A DNA stretch of 64,000 bases from Gemmatimonas sp. (lineage in GTDB: Bacteria > Gemmatimonadota > Gemmatimonadetes > Gemmatimonadales > Gemmatimonadaceae), in assembly GCA_965279375.1 (NCBI GenBank), contig OZ257156.1, positions 3,616,001 through 3,680,000 on the forward strand. Direction: 5' to 3'. The translations under genes and the position numbers were made by a program. How positions within the stretch are numbered: the first letter of the stretch is position 1; every line of letters starts with the position of its first letter. The notes beneath the pieces are model-generated. The model saw nothing but the letters and a program-made list of their open reading frames with translations, did no database searches and was not told where the DNA came from. Positions 21,373-31,251 of the stretch are shown here, one piece after another.

Positions 21373-21898
21373 AGCGGCGCTGTTCGCCGCACCTCGTCCG
21401 ATTCCTCTCGAGGCGTTGGCCGCGCTCGATACCGAGTCGAGTCTGGCCGCAGTCGCGTCAGCGTTGGACGAGTTGCGCGAGCACTACGATGTGGACGGTC
21501 ATGGCGTAGAGCTGGTGGAGCAGGGCGGTGGTTGGCAGATCCTCACGCGCGCCGAGTACGCTGAAGCGATTGAGCGGGCGCAGGTGGCCGTACGCCCGCA
21601 GCGACTGTCCGCGGCCGCGCTAGAAACGATGGCGATCATCGCGTATCGCCAGCCGATCGGTCGCGCCGAAATCGAAGAGATTCGTGGTGTGGCGGTGGGC
21701 AGCGTACTCAAGTCGCTGCACGAGCGTGGGCTGATCGACATCGTCGGTCGCAGCGAAGGCATCGGTCGTCCGTTGCTGTATGGCACCACGGCGCAGTTTC
21801 TCGAGCAGTTTGGATTGCGACACCTCGAAGAGCTGCCGCGCGCCGATGAATTGGCGATCGCGCTTCGAGGGGCGGGCAATTCCGTCATCGCCGAGTGA
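21347..21898 (+). CDS. scpB: SMC-Scp complex subunit ScpB
   Basis: 'LEAALFA', 'LSAAALETMAIIAYRQPI', 'GRPLLYGTT'; GTG start. Confidence 0.93.
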   Translation: MTPLAKLLEAALFAAPRPIPLEALAALDTESSLAAVASALDELREHYDVDGHGVELVEQGGGWQILTRAEYAEAIERAQVAVRPQRLSAAALETMAIIAYRQPIGRAEIEEIRGVAVGSVLKSLHERGLIDIVGRSEGIGRPLLYGTTAQFLEQFGLRHLEELPRADELAIALRGAGNSVIAE

Positions 21899-22911
21899 CG
21901 CGCGGCGACGGACGACCAGGAGACGGACGATCAGGGAAGGATCGGCGCAGCGAACAGCCACGCGGTGAGCAGGGACGTGCGGATCGACCGCGAGGCGCCG
22001 GCGGGCCCTCCGGGCCGCGAAAGCCCAAGTCCAGCGCCAATCCGGCGTCGCGCTCGAATGCGCCGGTAAAGACACCGCCACGTCCCGCGGATGACCGTCC
22101 GGCTCGCGCGCGAAGGCCGGCGCCCAAGCGCGCTGCGCCGGCTGTGGCTGGTGCAGGTGGCGCAGGCGGCACGGTGCCGGGCGAGGCGGAAGGACCGATG
22201 CGCGTGCAGCGCGCCGTGGCGCGCGCGGGGCTCGCCTCACGTCGAGAGGCGGATCGTGCAGTCGCCGAGGGTCGCGTTCGAGTGAACGGCGAAGTGGCGG
22301 TGATCGGGCAGGTGGTCGATCCCGCGAAGGACGTCATCACGCTCGACGGCGATGCGGTGCGCGTGAATCTCACGCAGCAACGCTGGATCGTGCTGCACAA
22401 GCCGGCCGCGATCATGACCACGCGCAAGGATCCGCAGGGACGCGCGACCGTCTTCGATTTGGTGCACAAGGTGCCGGGACTCGTGTACGTCGGCCGGCTC
22501 GACTACATGACGGAGGGCGTGCTGCTGCTCACGACGGACGGCCGCGCCGCGCATGCGCTGACGCACCCGAGCAACGAAGTGGAGCGCACCTACGTCGCGA
22601 CGGTGCGAGGCGATGCGGCAGCGGCCGTGCGAGAAGCTCGTCACGGCGTGCAGTTGGAGGATGGTCTGGTCGTGCCGCGCGACGTGAGTGCGACGCCGCT
22701 GGGCAATCGTCGTTGGGCGTTTCAGGTGACGATCGCCGAAGGGAAGACGCACGAGGTTAGACGCATGTGCGACGCGTTGGGACTCGAGGTGGAGCGTCTG
22801 GTGCGGACCAGTTTCGGTCCGGTGAAGCTGGGCGACCTTCCGCCCGGCGAGACGCGCGCGTTGACCACCAAGGAGCGCGAGATTCTCGACGCGCTGATCG
22901 GCTCCGCGTAG
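21895..22911 (+). CDS. rluB: rRNA pseudouridine synthase (RluB/RsuA family) with basic N-terminal extension
   Basis: S4 domain 'GLASRREAD', catalytic 'VGRLD', 'EGKTHEVRRM'. Confidence 0.85.
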   Translation: MTRGDGRPGDGRSGKDRRSEQPRGEQGRADRPRGAGGPSGPRKPKSSANPASRSNAPVKTPPRPADDRPARARRPAPKRAAPAVAGAGGAGGTVPGEAEGPMRVQRAVARAGLASRREADRAVAEGRVRVNGEVAVIGQVVDPAKDVITLDGDAVRVNLTQQRWIVLHKPAAIMTTRKDPQGRATVFDLVHKVPGLVYVGRLDYMTEGVLLLTTDGRAAHALTHPSNEVERTYVATVRGDAAAAVREARHGVQLEDGLVVPRDVSATPLGNRRWAFQVTIAEGKTHEVRRMCDALGLEVERLVRTSFGPVKLGDLPPGETRALTTKEREILDALIGSA

Positions 22912-23097
22912 GCAAGACGCCGTCGCGCGGAGCTTCTTTGGGGCTCGCGGGGTACAGCGCCGTCGTGTGACCTGCGATGTGTCGCGCGACCAGTCCGTCT
23001 GGTTACACTTCGGAATCGCCAGCACGCCGCGCCCTCGCATTCGTAAGGCCGCGTGGCAGTGTTGACCGGCTATGACACTACCCAGGAGCAGGACGAC

Positions 23098-24072
23098 GTG
23101 ACGACCAGCGTTTCCGCGACGGCTGATACTGCGCTCGTGCAGGGGGTCCTGCGCGAAGTCGCGCGCCGCATCGTCGGCCAGGAGTACATGGTCGAACGGC
23201 TTCTGATCAGTCTTCTCACGGGCGGCCATGTGCTGCTGGAAGGCGTGCCCGGGCTGGCCAAGACGCTCACGGTGCGCACACTGGCCGAAACGGTGCGGAC
23301 GACGTTCCAGCGCATTCAGTTCACGCCGGACCTGCTGCCTGCCGACGTGGTCGGCACGCAGATCTTCGATCAGCCGAGCGGTGAGTTCCGTGTGAAGCAC
23401 GGACCGATCTTCGCGAACATCATCCTAGCCGACGAAATCAATCGTGCGCCGGCCAAGGTGCAGGCGGCACTGCTGGAAGCGATGCAGGAAAAGCAGGTCA
23501 CCATCGGCGGCGCGACGTACAAGTTGGCGGAGCCGTTCTTGGTGCTGGCTACGCAGAACCCCATCGAGCAGGAAGGCACGTACCCGCTGCCTGAGGCGCA
23601 GGTGGATCGGTTCATGTTCAAGCTGCGCGTGGGCTACCCGACGCGCGGCGAAGAGAAGGAGATCCTGCGCCGCATGGCCGGCGGCGACAAGGTCACCGTC
23701 GCCCCGGTGGCGTCGCCGGAAGATCTGCTCGACGCGCGTCGTCGCATCGCGGAGCTGTACATGGACGAGCGCATCGTCGACTACATCGTCGATCTGGTGC
23801 ATGCGACGCGTGTGCCCGCAGACGTAGGCGCTCCGGATCTCAAGCCATTGATCGAGTTCGGTGCAAGCCCGCGTGCGACGATTGCGCTGGCGCAGGCCTC
23901 CCGCGCACATGCGTTCCTGCGCGGCCGCTCGTTCGTCACGCCCGATGACGTGAAGAGCATCGCGCCCGACGTGTTGCGACACCGCGTGTTGACCTCGTTC
24001 GAGGCCGACGCCGAGGGTGTCACCAGTGATACGATCGTCGAGCGATTGCTGGCCACCGTCGAGACGCCCTGA
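23098..24072 (+). CDS. moxR: MoxR-family AAA+ ATPase
   Basis: 'GHVLLEGVPGLAKT', 'RIQFTPDLLP', 'DEINRA', 'ATQNPIEQEGTYPLPEAQ'. Confidence 0.93.
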   Translation: MTTSVSATADTALVQGVLREVARRIVGQEYMVERLLISLLTGGHVLLEGVPGLAKTLTVRTLAETVRTTFQRIQFTPDLLPADVVGTQIFDQPSGEFRVKHGPIFANIILADEINRAPAKVQAALLEAMQEKQVTIGGATYKLAEPFLVLATQNPIEQEGTYPLPEAQVDRFMFKLRVGYPTRGEEKEILRRMAGGDKVTVAPVASPEDLLDARRRIAELYMDERIVDYIVDLVHATRVPADVGAPDLKPLIEFGASPRATIALAQASRAHAFLRGRSFVTPDDVKSIAPDVLRHRVLTSFEADAEGVTSDTIVERLLATVETP

Positions 24073-24077
24073 CCGGA

Positions 24078-25181
24078 GTGGCGCGTTCCACCTCGCCCTC
24101 GACGAGTAGCTCGGCTGCGGTGACGTCGGCGGCTCCCGCCACTGTCGTGCCCATGACCGCGGCGGCCGTCACGGCCGTCGCGCCGGCGGACGTCCTGCGC
24201 CAGGTCAAGCGCATCGAACTCCGCACGCGCCGTCTCGTCGATTCGAGCTTTGCCGGCGAGTATCGCTCGCTCTTCAAGGGGCAAGGGATGGAGTTCGCCG
24301 AGGTGCGCGAATATCAGCCCGGTGACGAGGTGCGATCGATCGACTGGAACGTGTCGGCGCGCATGGGACGTCCGTTCGTCAAGCGCTACGTGGAAGAGCG
24401 CGAGCTGACGATCATGCTGGCGATCGACCTGTCCGGCTCGTCGCGCTTTGGCACGCGCGCACGCTTCAAGCACGATCTCGCAATCGAGTTGTCTGGTGTC
24501 CTGGCGCTCGCGGCCACGCGCAACAACGATCGCGTCGGCATGATGTTGTTCACCGATCGTGTCGAGCATGCGTTGCCCGCGCGAAAGGGGCGCAAACATG
24601 CGTTGCGTCTGATTCGCGATCTCATCGCCACCAATCCGGTTGGTCGCGGCACGTCGTTCGAAGGGTCGGTGGATCGGCTGATGCGACTGCTGCCGCACCG
24701 GTCGGTGATTTTTCTCTGCTCGGATTTTGTCGCCGACGATCTCGAGAAGCCACTCGCACGTCTGGCGCAGCGGCACGATGTGATTGCCGTGACGCTGGAA
24801 GATCCGGTGGAACGCACGCTCCCCGATATCGGTGCTGCGCGCTTTGAAGATCCCGAGACGGGGGCGCGCATCGAAGTGGACACCTCCAATCCGCTCGTGC
24901 GCGCGTCCTTCGCGCGAAAGGTCGCCGAGGCGGATGCGGCACGTCGATCGCTGTTCGGCCGACTGGGACTCGACGAGATCGTTGTGCATACGGAGCATGG
25001 CTACGTCGACGCCTTGTTGGCGTTTTTCCGTGCGCGCGCGCGTCGTCCACACGGCGCGGTGCGAACGGGCCCGCGGGGCTTGATGGGCGATGCCGCTGGT
25101 CGCGACGTGCCGCCTGCTCGCCCGTCGAATGTTGCTGCCGCTGTACCGAAGGGTGCGCGATCGGCGGGCGCGCGCGCGTGA
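24078..25181 (+). CDS. DUF58 family protein
   Basis: 'GMEFAEVREYQPGDEVRSIDWNVSAR', 'EEREL'. Confidence 0.9.
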   Translation: MARSTSPSTSSSAAVTSAAPATVVPMTAAAVTAVAPADVLRQVKRIELRTRRLVDSSFAGEYRSLFKGQGMEFAEVREYQPGDEVRSIDWNVSARMGRPFVKRYVEERELTIMLAIDLSGSSRFGTRARFKHDLAIELSGVLALAATRNNDRVGMMLFTDRVEHALPARKGRKHALRLIRDLIATNPVGRGTSFEGSVDRLMRLLPHRSVIFLCSDFVADDLEKPLARLAQRHDVIAVTLEDPVERTLPDIGAARFEDPETGARIEVDTSNPLVRASFARKVAEADAARRSLFGRLGLDEIVVHTEHGYVDALLAFFRARARRPHGAVRTGPRGLMGDAAGRDVPPARPSNVAAAVPKGARSAGARA

Positions 25182-26308
25182 TCATGCGGCGACGCTGGAC
25201 GGCATGCGCTGCAGCGGTCTGCGCCATGGCGGCCCTGCTGCCGTTCGCGTCGCGCTCGGCGGCGGCGCAGGACAGCACTGCTGTGGGCTCGCTTCCGCTC
25301 GGCCCGACGCCGTTGCGCGCGGGCACGTTGGTGAGGCCTGATACGGTGCGCGTCGGTGATCGATTCGTGCTGGTGGTGTCGATTCAGGTGCCCAACAGTG
25401 CGCGCATCGAGTGGGGAGCGATCACCGACTCGTCGGCGGTCGTGGCGATGCGTTCGCCAGCGCGCGTGCGCAGTACGCCCCAGGGAGCGGTGCGACTCGA
25501 GACCGCTACGTACGACCTGGCCGCGTGGGACGTGGGCACGCTTCCCATCGGCATGCCCGACGCCAAGGTACACATCGGTGCGCAGACCACGCTGGTGCCG
25601 CTGCGCAGTGCGCGCGTGATCGTGAAGTCGGTGCTGACGGGCGACTCGACACTCCGCACGCCCAAGCCGGCAAAGGATCTCTTCCCGCGCATCGTGCCGT
25701 GGTGGGAGGCGTGGTGGGTCGCCGCGCTGGTGGTCGCTGGACTGTTGCTGCTGTGGTGGATCTGGCGCCGACGAAAGCGTGTCGGCGCGGGCGGCGCGCG
25801 CGAGGGCCTCGATGTGTACGCGCGTGCGCTGCACGACTTCGAACGCCTGGAGCGCCTCGCGCTGGCCGACGCGGGCGAAGGTGGACGCTACGTCGCACTC
25901 GCGGTCGAAGTGATGCGCACGTATCTCGGCGTGCGCGTCCCGAGTGCTGCGCTGTCGCTGACCTCGTCCGAATTGGCCGTAGTGTTGGCTGATGACATTC
26001 GCGTGCCCATCGCGCCGATGCTGTTGCTTCTCGAAGAGGCTGACGGGATCAAGTTCGCCCGTCGAGCGGTGACCACTGTGCGCGCACGGCAGCTGGCGAC
26101 TGACGCGCGGGCGATCGTCGAACAAATCGAGCGCGCGGAGCAGGCGCGTCGTGCGGCTGAAGACGCGCGGCGAAAGGCGGAGGAACAGGCGAAGCGTACC
26201 GAGGCGCAGGCGGCGGACGACGAGGCGCGCCGTCGGTCTCAGTCGAAGGCCGGGCGCTCGAAGGCCGAGCCGCCCACATCTGATCGCCCGACGTCCGGGG
26301 TGTCATGA
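25178..26308 (+). CDS. Membrane protein of the bat operon (BatD-like N-domain plus TM)
   Basis: Signal peptide, 'DTVRVGD', single TM followed by WRRRKR; operon position. Confidence 0.65.
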   Translation: MIMRRRWTACAAAVCAMAALLPFASRSAAAQDSTAVGSLPLGPTPLRAGTLVRPDTVRVGDRFVLVVSIQVPNSARIEWGAITDSSAVVAMRSPARVRSTPQGAVRLETATYDLAAWDVGTLPIGMPDAKVHIGAQTTLVPLRSARVIVKSVLTGDSTLRTPKPAKDLFPRIVPWWEAWWVAALVVAGLLLLWWIWRRRKRVGAGGAREGLDVYARALHDFERLERLALADAGEGGRYVALAVEVMRTYLGVRVPSAALSLTSSELAVVLADDIRVPIAPMLLLLEEADGIKFARRAVTTVRARQLATDARAIVEQIERAEQARRAAEDARRKAEEQAKRTEAQAADDEARRRSQSKAGRSKAEPPTSDRPTSGVS

Positions 26309-27360
26309 ACGCACTCATCGAACGTTGGGACGCGATCGATTGGGCCGCGATCCGCTCCACGGACCTGACTGTCTTAGGCATCAGTTTCGCGCATCCATGG
26401 CTGCTGCTGTTGCTGCTGGTGCTTCCGCTCTGGTCGTGGTGGCGTCGGCGTCGTACGAGCCAGCAGGAGGCGATTCCGTTCTCGCGTGTGGCGCTGCTGG
26501 CGGCGGGACCGCGGCCGCGTTTGCCGTGGGTGTCGCTGCTGCCATGGCTGCGCGTCATCGCGTTGGCGGGCTTCATCGTGGCGGCTGCTCAACCGCGGTC
26601 TGGTGCGCGCGCCGAAAACGTGTCGAACGAGGGCATCGATATCGCGCTGGCGGTGGACATCTCGAGTTCAATGCTGGCGGAAGACTTCCAACCGCAGAAC
26701 CGCATCGAGGTCGCGAAGGACAAGGTCAAACGCTTCGTGCTGGGCCGAAAGACGGATCGCGTGGGGCTCGTGGCGTTCTCCGGCGAGGCACTCACGCAGG
26801 TGCCGCTGACGACGGACTATCCCGTGGTGCTGGCGGCCATCGACAACCTGCAGGTAGGCCAGTTGGAAGACGGCACGGCCATCGGCACCGCGATCGCGAC
26901 GGCCGCGAATCGGTTGCGCACAGCGCCCGGGCGATCGCGCGTGATGGTCGTGCTGACGGATGGCGAGAACAATCGTGGAGCCATCGATCCGCGTACCGCG
27001 GCGCAGGCCGCGTCGGCGTTTGGCATTCGCATTTATACGATTGGCGTGGGTACCGAGGGCATGGCCGCCGTGCCCGTCGGTCGCGGCCTGTTTGGCCTGC
27101 GCTACGAGAATCGGCCCGTCAAGATTGACGAGCCGCTGCTGACGGAGATCGCCACGAGTACGGGCGGCCGCTACTTCCGTGCGCGCGATGGTGAAGCGCT
27201 GCAGCGCATCTACGAACAGATCGACACGCTCGAGCGCTCCATCGTGGCGACGCGGTCGTTCATTCGCTATACCGAGCGCTTTCGCTGGCCGTTGGCGGCC
27301 GGACTGGCGGCGCTGCTGCTCGAACTGCTGTTGCTCGCGCGTCGAGGCGTGTTGCCATGA
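26305..27360 (+). CDS. batA: VWA-domain protein BatA
   Basis: 'FAHPW' TM, MIDAS 'DISSSM', 'GTAIG', 'LTDGENN'. Confidence 0.85.
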   Translation: MNALIERWDAIDWAAIRSTDLTVLGISFAHPWLLLLLLVLPLWSWWRRRRTSQQEAIPFSRVALLAAGPRPRLPWVSLLPWLRVIALAGFIVAAAQPRSGARAENVSNEGIDIALAVDISSSMLAEDFQPQNRIEVAKDKVKRFVLGRKTDRVGLVAFSGEALTQVPLTTDYPVVLAAIDNLQVGQLEDGTAIGTAIATAANRLRTAPGRSRVMVVLTDGENNRGAIDPRTAAQAASAFGIRIYTIGVGTEGMAAVPVGRGLFGLRYENRPVKIDEPLLTEIATSTGGRYFRARDGEALQRIYEQIDTLERSIVATRSFIRYTERFRWPLAAGLAALLLELLLLARRGVLP

Positions 27361-29027
27361 GCAGTCTGCCGACGCTCATCTTCGATATGCCGTGGATGCT
27401 CATCGCGGCCGTGTTGCTGCCGCTGTGCGTGTTGGCATTGGGCATGGCGCGCTCCACGCAGCGTCGCGCGCGTCTCGCGCGCTACGCCGATGCGTCGGCG
27501 CTCAAGCGACTGATGCGTGTCGCCGGCGACAGTGCAACGGCGCGAACCACGCGGCTCGTGCTCGTGGCGCTGCTGGCTGGAGCCGCGATGGCTGGGCCGC
27601 GGTGGGGATTGGCGCGCGGCCCCACGACAGCGCGCGGTATCGACATGGCGATCGCACTCGATGCGTCGCTCTCCATGACCGCTGCGGACGAGCGCCCATC
27701 TCGCCTGGAGCGGATGAAGCAGGAAGTGCGCCGATTGCGTGCGATGTCGCATGCGGACCGCGTTGCACTGATCGCGTTCGCCGGTCGCAGCTACATACTC
27801 ACGCCGCTGACCGGCGATGACGGCGCGATCGAGCTCTTTCTCGACAATCTGGATCCCAACGTCGTCGGACAGGCCGGCAGTTCGATTGCTCGCGCGATGC
27901 GACAGGGCACAGAACTCCTGCTTGCCAGCGATGGCAGCGCCGATCGCGCGCTCGTGCTCATGAGCGACGGTGAAGCATTCGAGCCGGCTGAGGATATTCA
28001 GGCCGCGGCCACTGAAGCCGGCAAGCGCGGCATCAGTGTGGTGACGGTGGGCTTTGGCACGGTGGCCGGCACCACGATCCCCATCGTGGACGGGAGCGTG
28101 ACGCGCGAGAAGCGCGATGACGAAGGCAATGTTGTCATCACGAAATACAACCCCGAGTTGCTCAAGAGCGCGGCCGCCGCGGCCAACGGCACGTTCATTC
28201 CGGCGGAAGCGTCCGACAAGGCAACGCGTGTTCGCGCTGCACTGCGCACGTTGCGCACCGCGCGTCGGCAGGTGGATACGCGCGAAGATCACGTACCGCG
28301 TTTCCTGTGGCTGCTAATTCCTGCGCTGCTGCTTTTGTTGTGGGACAGCTGGATCATGTCGCGTGGCGCGAAACGCGTGCGCAGTCGCGTCCCGGCCGGT
28401 ACGGCGGCCGCGGCGATGGTCTGGCTGCTGCCTCTACTCGGCATCGGCTGCGCGAGTCCACCCGATCCAGCCAAGCTCTTTGCCGACGGTGATATCGCCG
28501 GCGCGATTACTGCGCTGCGTGCGCTGGTGCAGGACGGCGATTCCACCGCAATGACGCGCTACAATCTCGGATCGGCGCTGCTCGGCGCGGACTCCCTCAA
28601 AGAATCCAGTGAGCTGCTCGAGGCGGTGCGTCGATCGGCCGACGGCGAAGTGCGCATGCGCGCACGCTTCAACGCAGGATTGGCGGCGCTCAAGAGCGGT
28701 CTCATTTCGGGAAATCCTGAAGCGGAGCAGTCACTTGCGGCCGCGCGCGCGGCGTATCGCGCGTATCTCGCCGAGCGTCCGGACGATCTGGATGCGAAGT
28801 GGAACTACGAGCTCGCGCTTCGTCATCCGCCCCCGCAGAGCGGTGGAGGAGGCGGAGGCGGTGGCGGCAATCAGCAGAACCCGGAGGCTCCACAGCCGCA
28901 GGGCCAGGGCGGTCTCGATCAGAAGCAGGCGGAAGCGCTGCTCAACAGCGCCGCGCGCGAGGAGCGTGACGTGCAGGGGCGCAAGCAGCGTACGGGACGC
29001 ACGCCGCCCGGCGGAAAGGATTGGTGA
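27357..29027 (+). CDS. BatB-like VWA protein fused to BatC-like TPR domain
   Basis: MIDAS 'DASLSM', 'SDGE'; TPR 'YNLG', 'FNAG', 'AKWNYELA'; ends 'KDW'. Confidence 0.8.
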   Translation: MSSLPTLIFDMPWMLIAAVLLPLCVLALGMARSTQRRARLARYADASALKRLMRVAGDSATARTTRLVLVALLAGAAMAGPRWGLARGPTTARGIDMAIALDASLSMTAADERPSRLERMKQEVRRLRAMSHADRVALIAFAGRSYILTPLTGDDGAIELFLDNLDPNVVGQAGSSIARAMRQGTELLLASDGSADRALVLMSDGEAFEPAEDIQAAATEAGKRGISVVTVGFGTVAGTTIPIVDGSVTREKRDDEGNVVITKYNPELLKSAAAAANGTFIPAEASDKATRVRAALRTLRTARRQVDTREDHVPRFLWLLIPALLLLLWDSWIMSRGAKRVRSRVPAGTAAAAMVWLLPLLGIGCASPPDPAKLFADGDIAGAITALRALVQDGDSTAMTRYNLGSALLGADSLKESSELLEAVRRSADGEVRMRARFNAGLAALKSGLISGNPEAEQSLAAARAAYRAYLAERPDDLDAKWNYELALRHPPPQSGGGGGGGGGNQQNPEAPQPQGQGGLDQKQAEALLNSAAREERDVQGRKQRTGRTPPGGKDW

Positions 29028-31243
29028 GCGTGCTGCGTTCAACGTTGTCTTTGCTGCTCTGCCTTTGTGCGCTCTCGGTCGGACTGACGCTCGACGCACA
29101 GACGTCGCCCACCCGCATCCTCGATCGGGTGCGAGTTGATACGCGCAAGCCGATCGACTTCCATGCGGCCGCGTTTCCTGAAACGCTGTACGTGGGGCAG
29201 CAGGCGACGTATCAGGTCGCGGTGTTTCTGAACTCGGAAGCACGCTCGCGGCTGCGGCGTAATCCGGAGTTTCTGCCTCCCGAGCTGCGGGGACTTCTAG
29301 CCTACGAACTCGGTTCGCCGACGCGTGTGCCGCCGCGCGACATGAACGGCGCCGTGTACGAGGCGCATGTGTTTCAGCGCGCGCTCTTTCCTGTCGCGGC
29401 GGGACCGCTGTCGGTGCCGGCGCCGCAGCTCAGCTATGCGCTGCCGCAGTCGTCCAGCTACTTCAGTCGCGAAGAGAAGTTCATCGTGCGCGCCGAGAGC
29501 GCGCAGTTGGTGGTGCGGCCTATTCCAACGGAGGGCCGTCCGACCAACTTCACGGGCGCCATCGGTGTGTTCACCGCCACCAGTCGACTCGACACGGCGG
29601 CCGCGCGCGTAGGCGATCCCCTGGTGTTCACGCTGCGCGTGCAGGGCACGGGGAATGTGAAGCTGTTGCCGCGACCGACGATCGAGATCGACTGGGCGAG
29701 CGCGGTGCCCGGCACGGAGCGAGTGCGCGTGGACACCGCCGGACCGCTGGTACGCGGGAGCAAGGAGTTCGACTGGATCCTCACGCCGTCGCGTGACGGA
29801 CCTGTCGTGTTGCCAGCGGTGCGCTACGGATACTTCGACCCGTATCAGGAGAAGTTTGCGGACGCCGAAGCGCCTGAGCTTTCGCTCGATGTACGTGCTG
29901 GCGCGTTGGTTCAATCCGAAGCGGGCGAGAGCACGACACTGCTTCCTCTTCGTGCGCGCAACGCCAACGCAAGCACATTGCGCGTGCTCGTGGACGTCGT
30001 GGAGCGTTCCCCGATCGTCGCGTGGCTGTTGTTGCTGTTGGCACCACTGCCGGCGCTTCTCGTTGCCATCGTCGGTGCCCAATCAGCGAGGAAGGCCGCG
30101 CGCGCCAACGCACCCATCGCCGCCACGGAACAACTCGCGCGACTCGCTTCCGGTCGGGATGAGAATGAATCGGCGGTACGATCAGTTCGTCGCGTGCTGC
30201 ACAGCGCGCTCGCGGAGCGATTGCAGGTGCGCCCGGCCGCATTGGTGGCGCCGCGTCAGTTGCGTCGCGTCCTGCGGCGTCGAGGGGTGACGCGTGAGAC
30301 CACCGACCGCGTGGTCGGACTGCTGGATGCGATGGACGCGCACGCGTTTGCGGGAGCAGCTGCAGTGAGCGCGCGCGACTGGGCGTCGGAGAGCAGGTCA
30401 TTGCTGACCGCCGTGGATGCGGAGGCGGTGCGCAGTGGCGGTGTCATTCCGCCAGACCGTTTTGGCACGTACACCGGGCTCGCGTTGCTGCTGCTCTGCA
30501 CGTCGCCCTCTCTGACGCGTACGCTGCAGGCGCAGGCGCCCGCTGCGCGAGACGCGTTTGCCGAGGCGTCGCAGGCGTACGAGCGACGCATGTTTGCGCA
30601 GGCGACTGCCGGGTTCAGTGATCTCGTGCGTGCGTCACCGCGAGATCCCGACTTGCTGATGAACTGGGGAACGGCGGCGTGGGCGGCTGGTGATACCGTC
30701 CACGCGGTCATGGCGTGGCAGCGGGCGGCGCGCATCGATCCGCTGGACGCCGATGTGCAGGAGCGACTACTGCTGTTGCCCTCCGGTGCGCGCGGTGGAT
30801 TGGCGGACGTACCGATGGTGCCGGTGCCGTTGCTGATGCTCGTTGCCGCGACTACATGGCTCGCGGGGTGGCTGTTGTTGGCGATCGCCGTTCGGCAGCG
30901 TCAGCGTGGTGCGGAAGGGCGCTATGGCGGCCTGCTGCGGAGTGTGGCCGTGATCTGTCTCGTGGCGGCGGCGCTGTCCAGCGGTGCCGTGTGGTGGGGG
31001 CGCGCGAAACTTCGTGCGGATGGGCTGGCGGTGGTATTGCGCCCGGAGACGCTGCATCTGGCGCCGGGAAACGACGCGGATGCGTTGGGCGGTGTCTCGA
31101 CGGGCGACGTCGTGCGTGCGCTCGAGAGCCGGGACGGCTGGCGTCATGTGCAGCACGCCGATGGACGCAGCGGCTGGCTCCCGGAGCAGCGTGTCGCCTC
31201 GCTGCTCGAGAGCGCATTGCTCAGCGACAACACGCCTCGGTAA
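29021..31243 (+). CDS. BatD-like protein fused to BatE-like TPR/SH3 domain
   Basis: 'FTGAIG', 'GTGN', 'YFDP'; C-terminal TPR and SH3b-like 'GWRHV...GRSGWLP'. Confidence 0.75.
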   Translation: MVSVLRSTLSLLLCLCALSVGLTLDAQTSPTRILDRVRVDTRKPIDFHAAAFPETLYVGQQATYQVAVFLNSEARSRLRRNPEFLPPELRGLLAYELGSPTRVPPRDMNGAVYEAHVFQRALFPVAAGPLSVPAPQLSYALPQSSSYFSREEKFIVRAESAQLVVRPIPTEGRPTNFTGAIGVFTATSRLDTAAARVGDPLVFTLRVQGTGNVKLLPRPTIEIDWASAVPGTERVRVDTAGPLVRGSKEFDWILTPSRDGPVVLPAVRYGYFDPYQEKFADAEAPELSLDVRAGALVQSEAGESTTLLPLRARNANASTLRVLVDVVERSPIVAWLLLLLAPLPALLVAIVGAQSARKAARANAPIAATEQLARLASGRDENESAVRSVRRVLHSALAERLQVRPAALVAPRQLRRVLRRRGVTRETTDRVVGLLDAMDAHAFAGAAAVSARDWASESRSLLTAVDAEAVRSGGVIPPDRFGTYTGLALLLLCTSPSLTRTLQAQAPAARDAFAEASQAYERRMFAQATAGFSDLVRASPRDPDLLMNWGTAAWAAGDTVHAVMAWQRAARIDPLDADVQERLLLLPSGARGGLADVPMVPVPLLMLVAATTWLAGWLLLAIAVRQRQRGAEGRYGGLLRSVAVICLVAAALSSGAVWWGRAKLRADGLAVVLRPETLHLAPGNDADALGGVSTGDVVRALESRDGWRHVQHADGRSGWLPEQRVASLLESALLSDNTPR

Positions 31244-31251
31244 CGTTCGGC

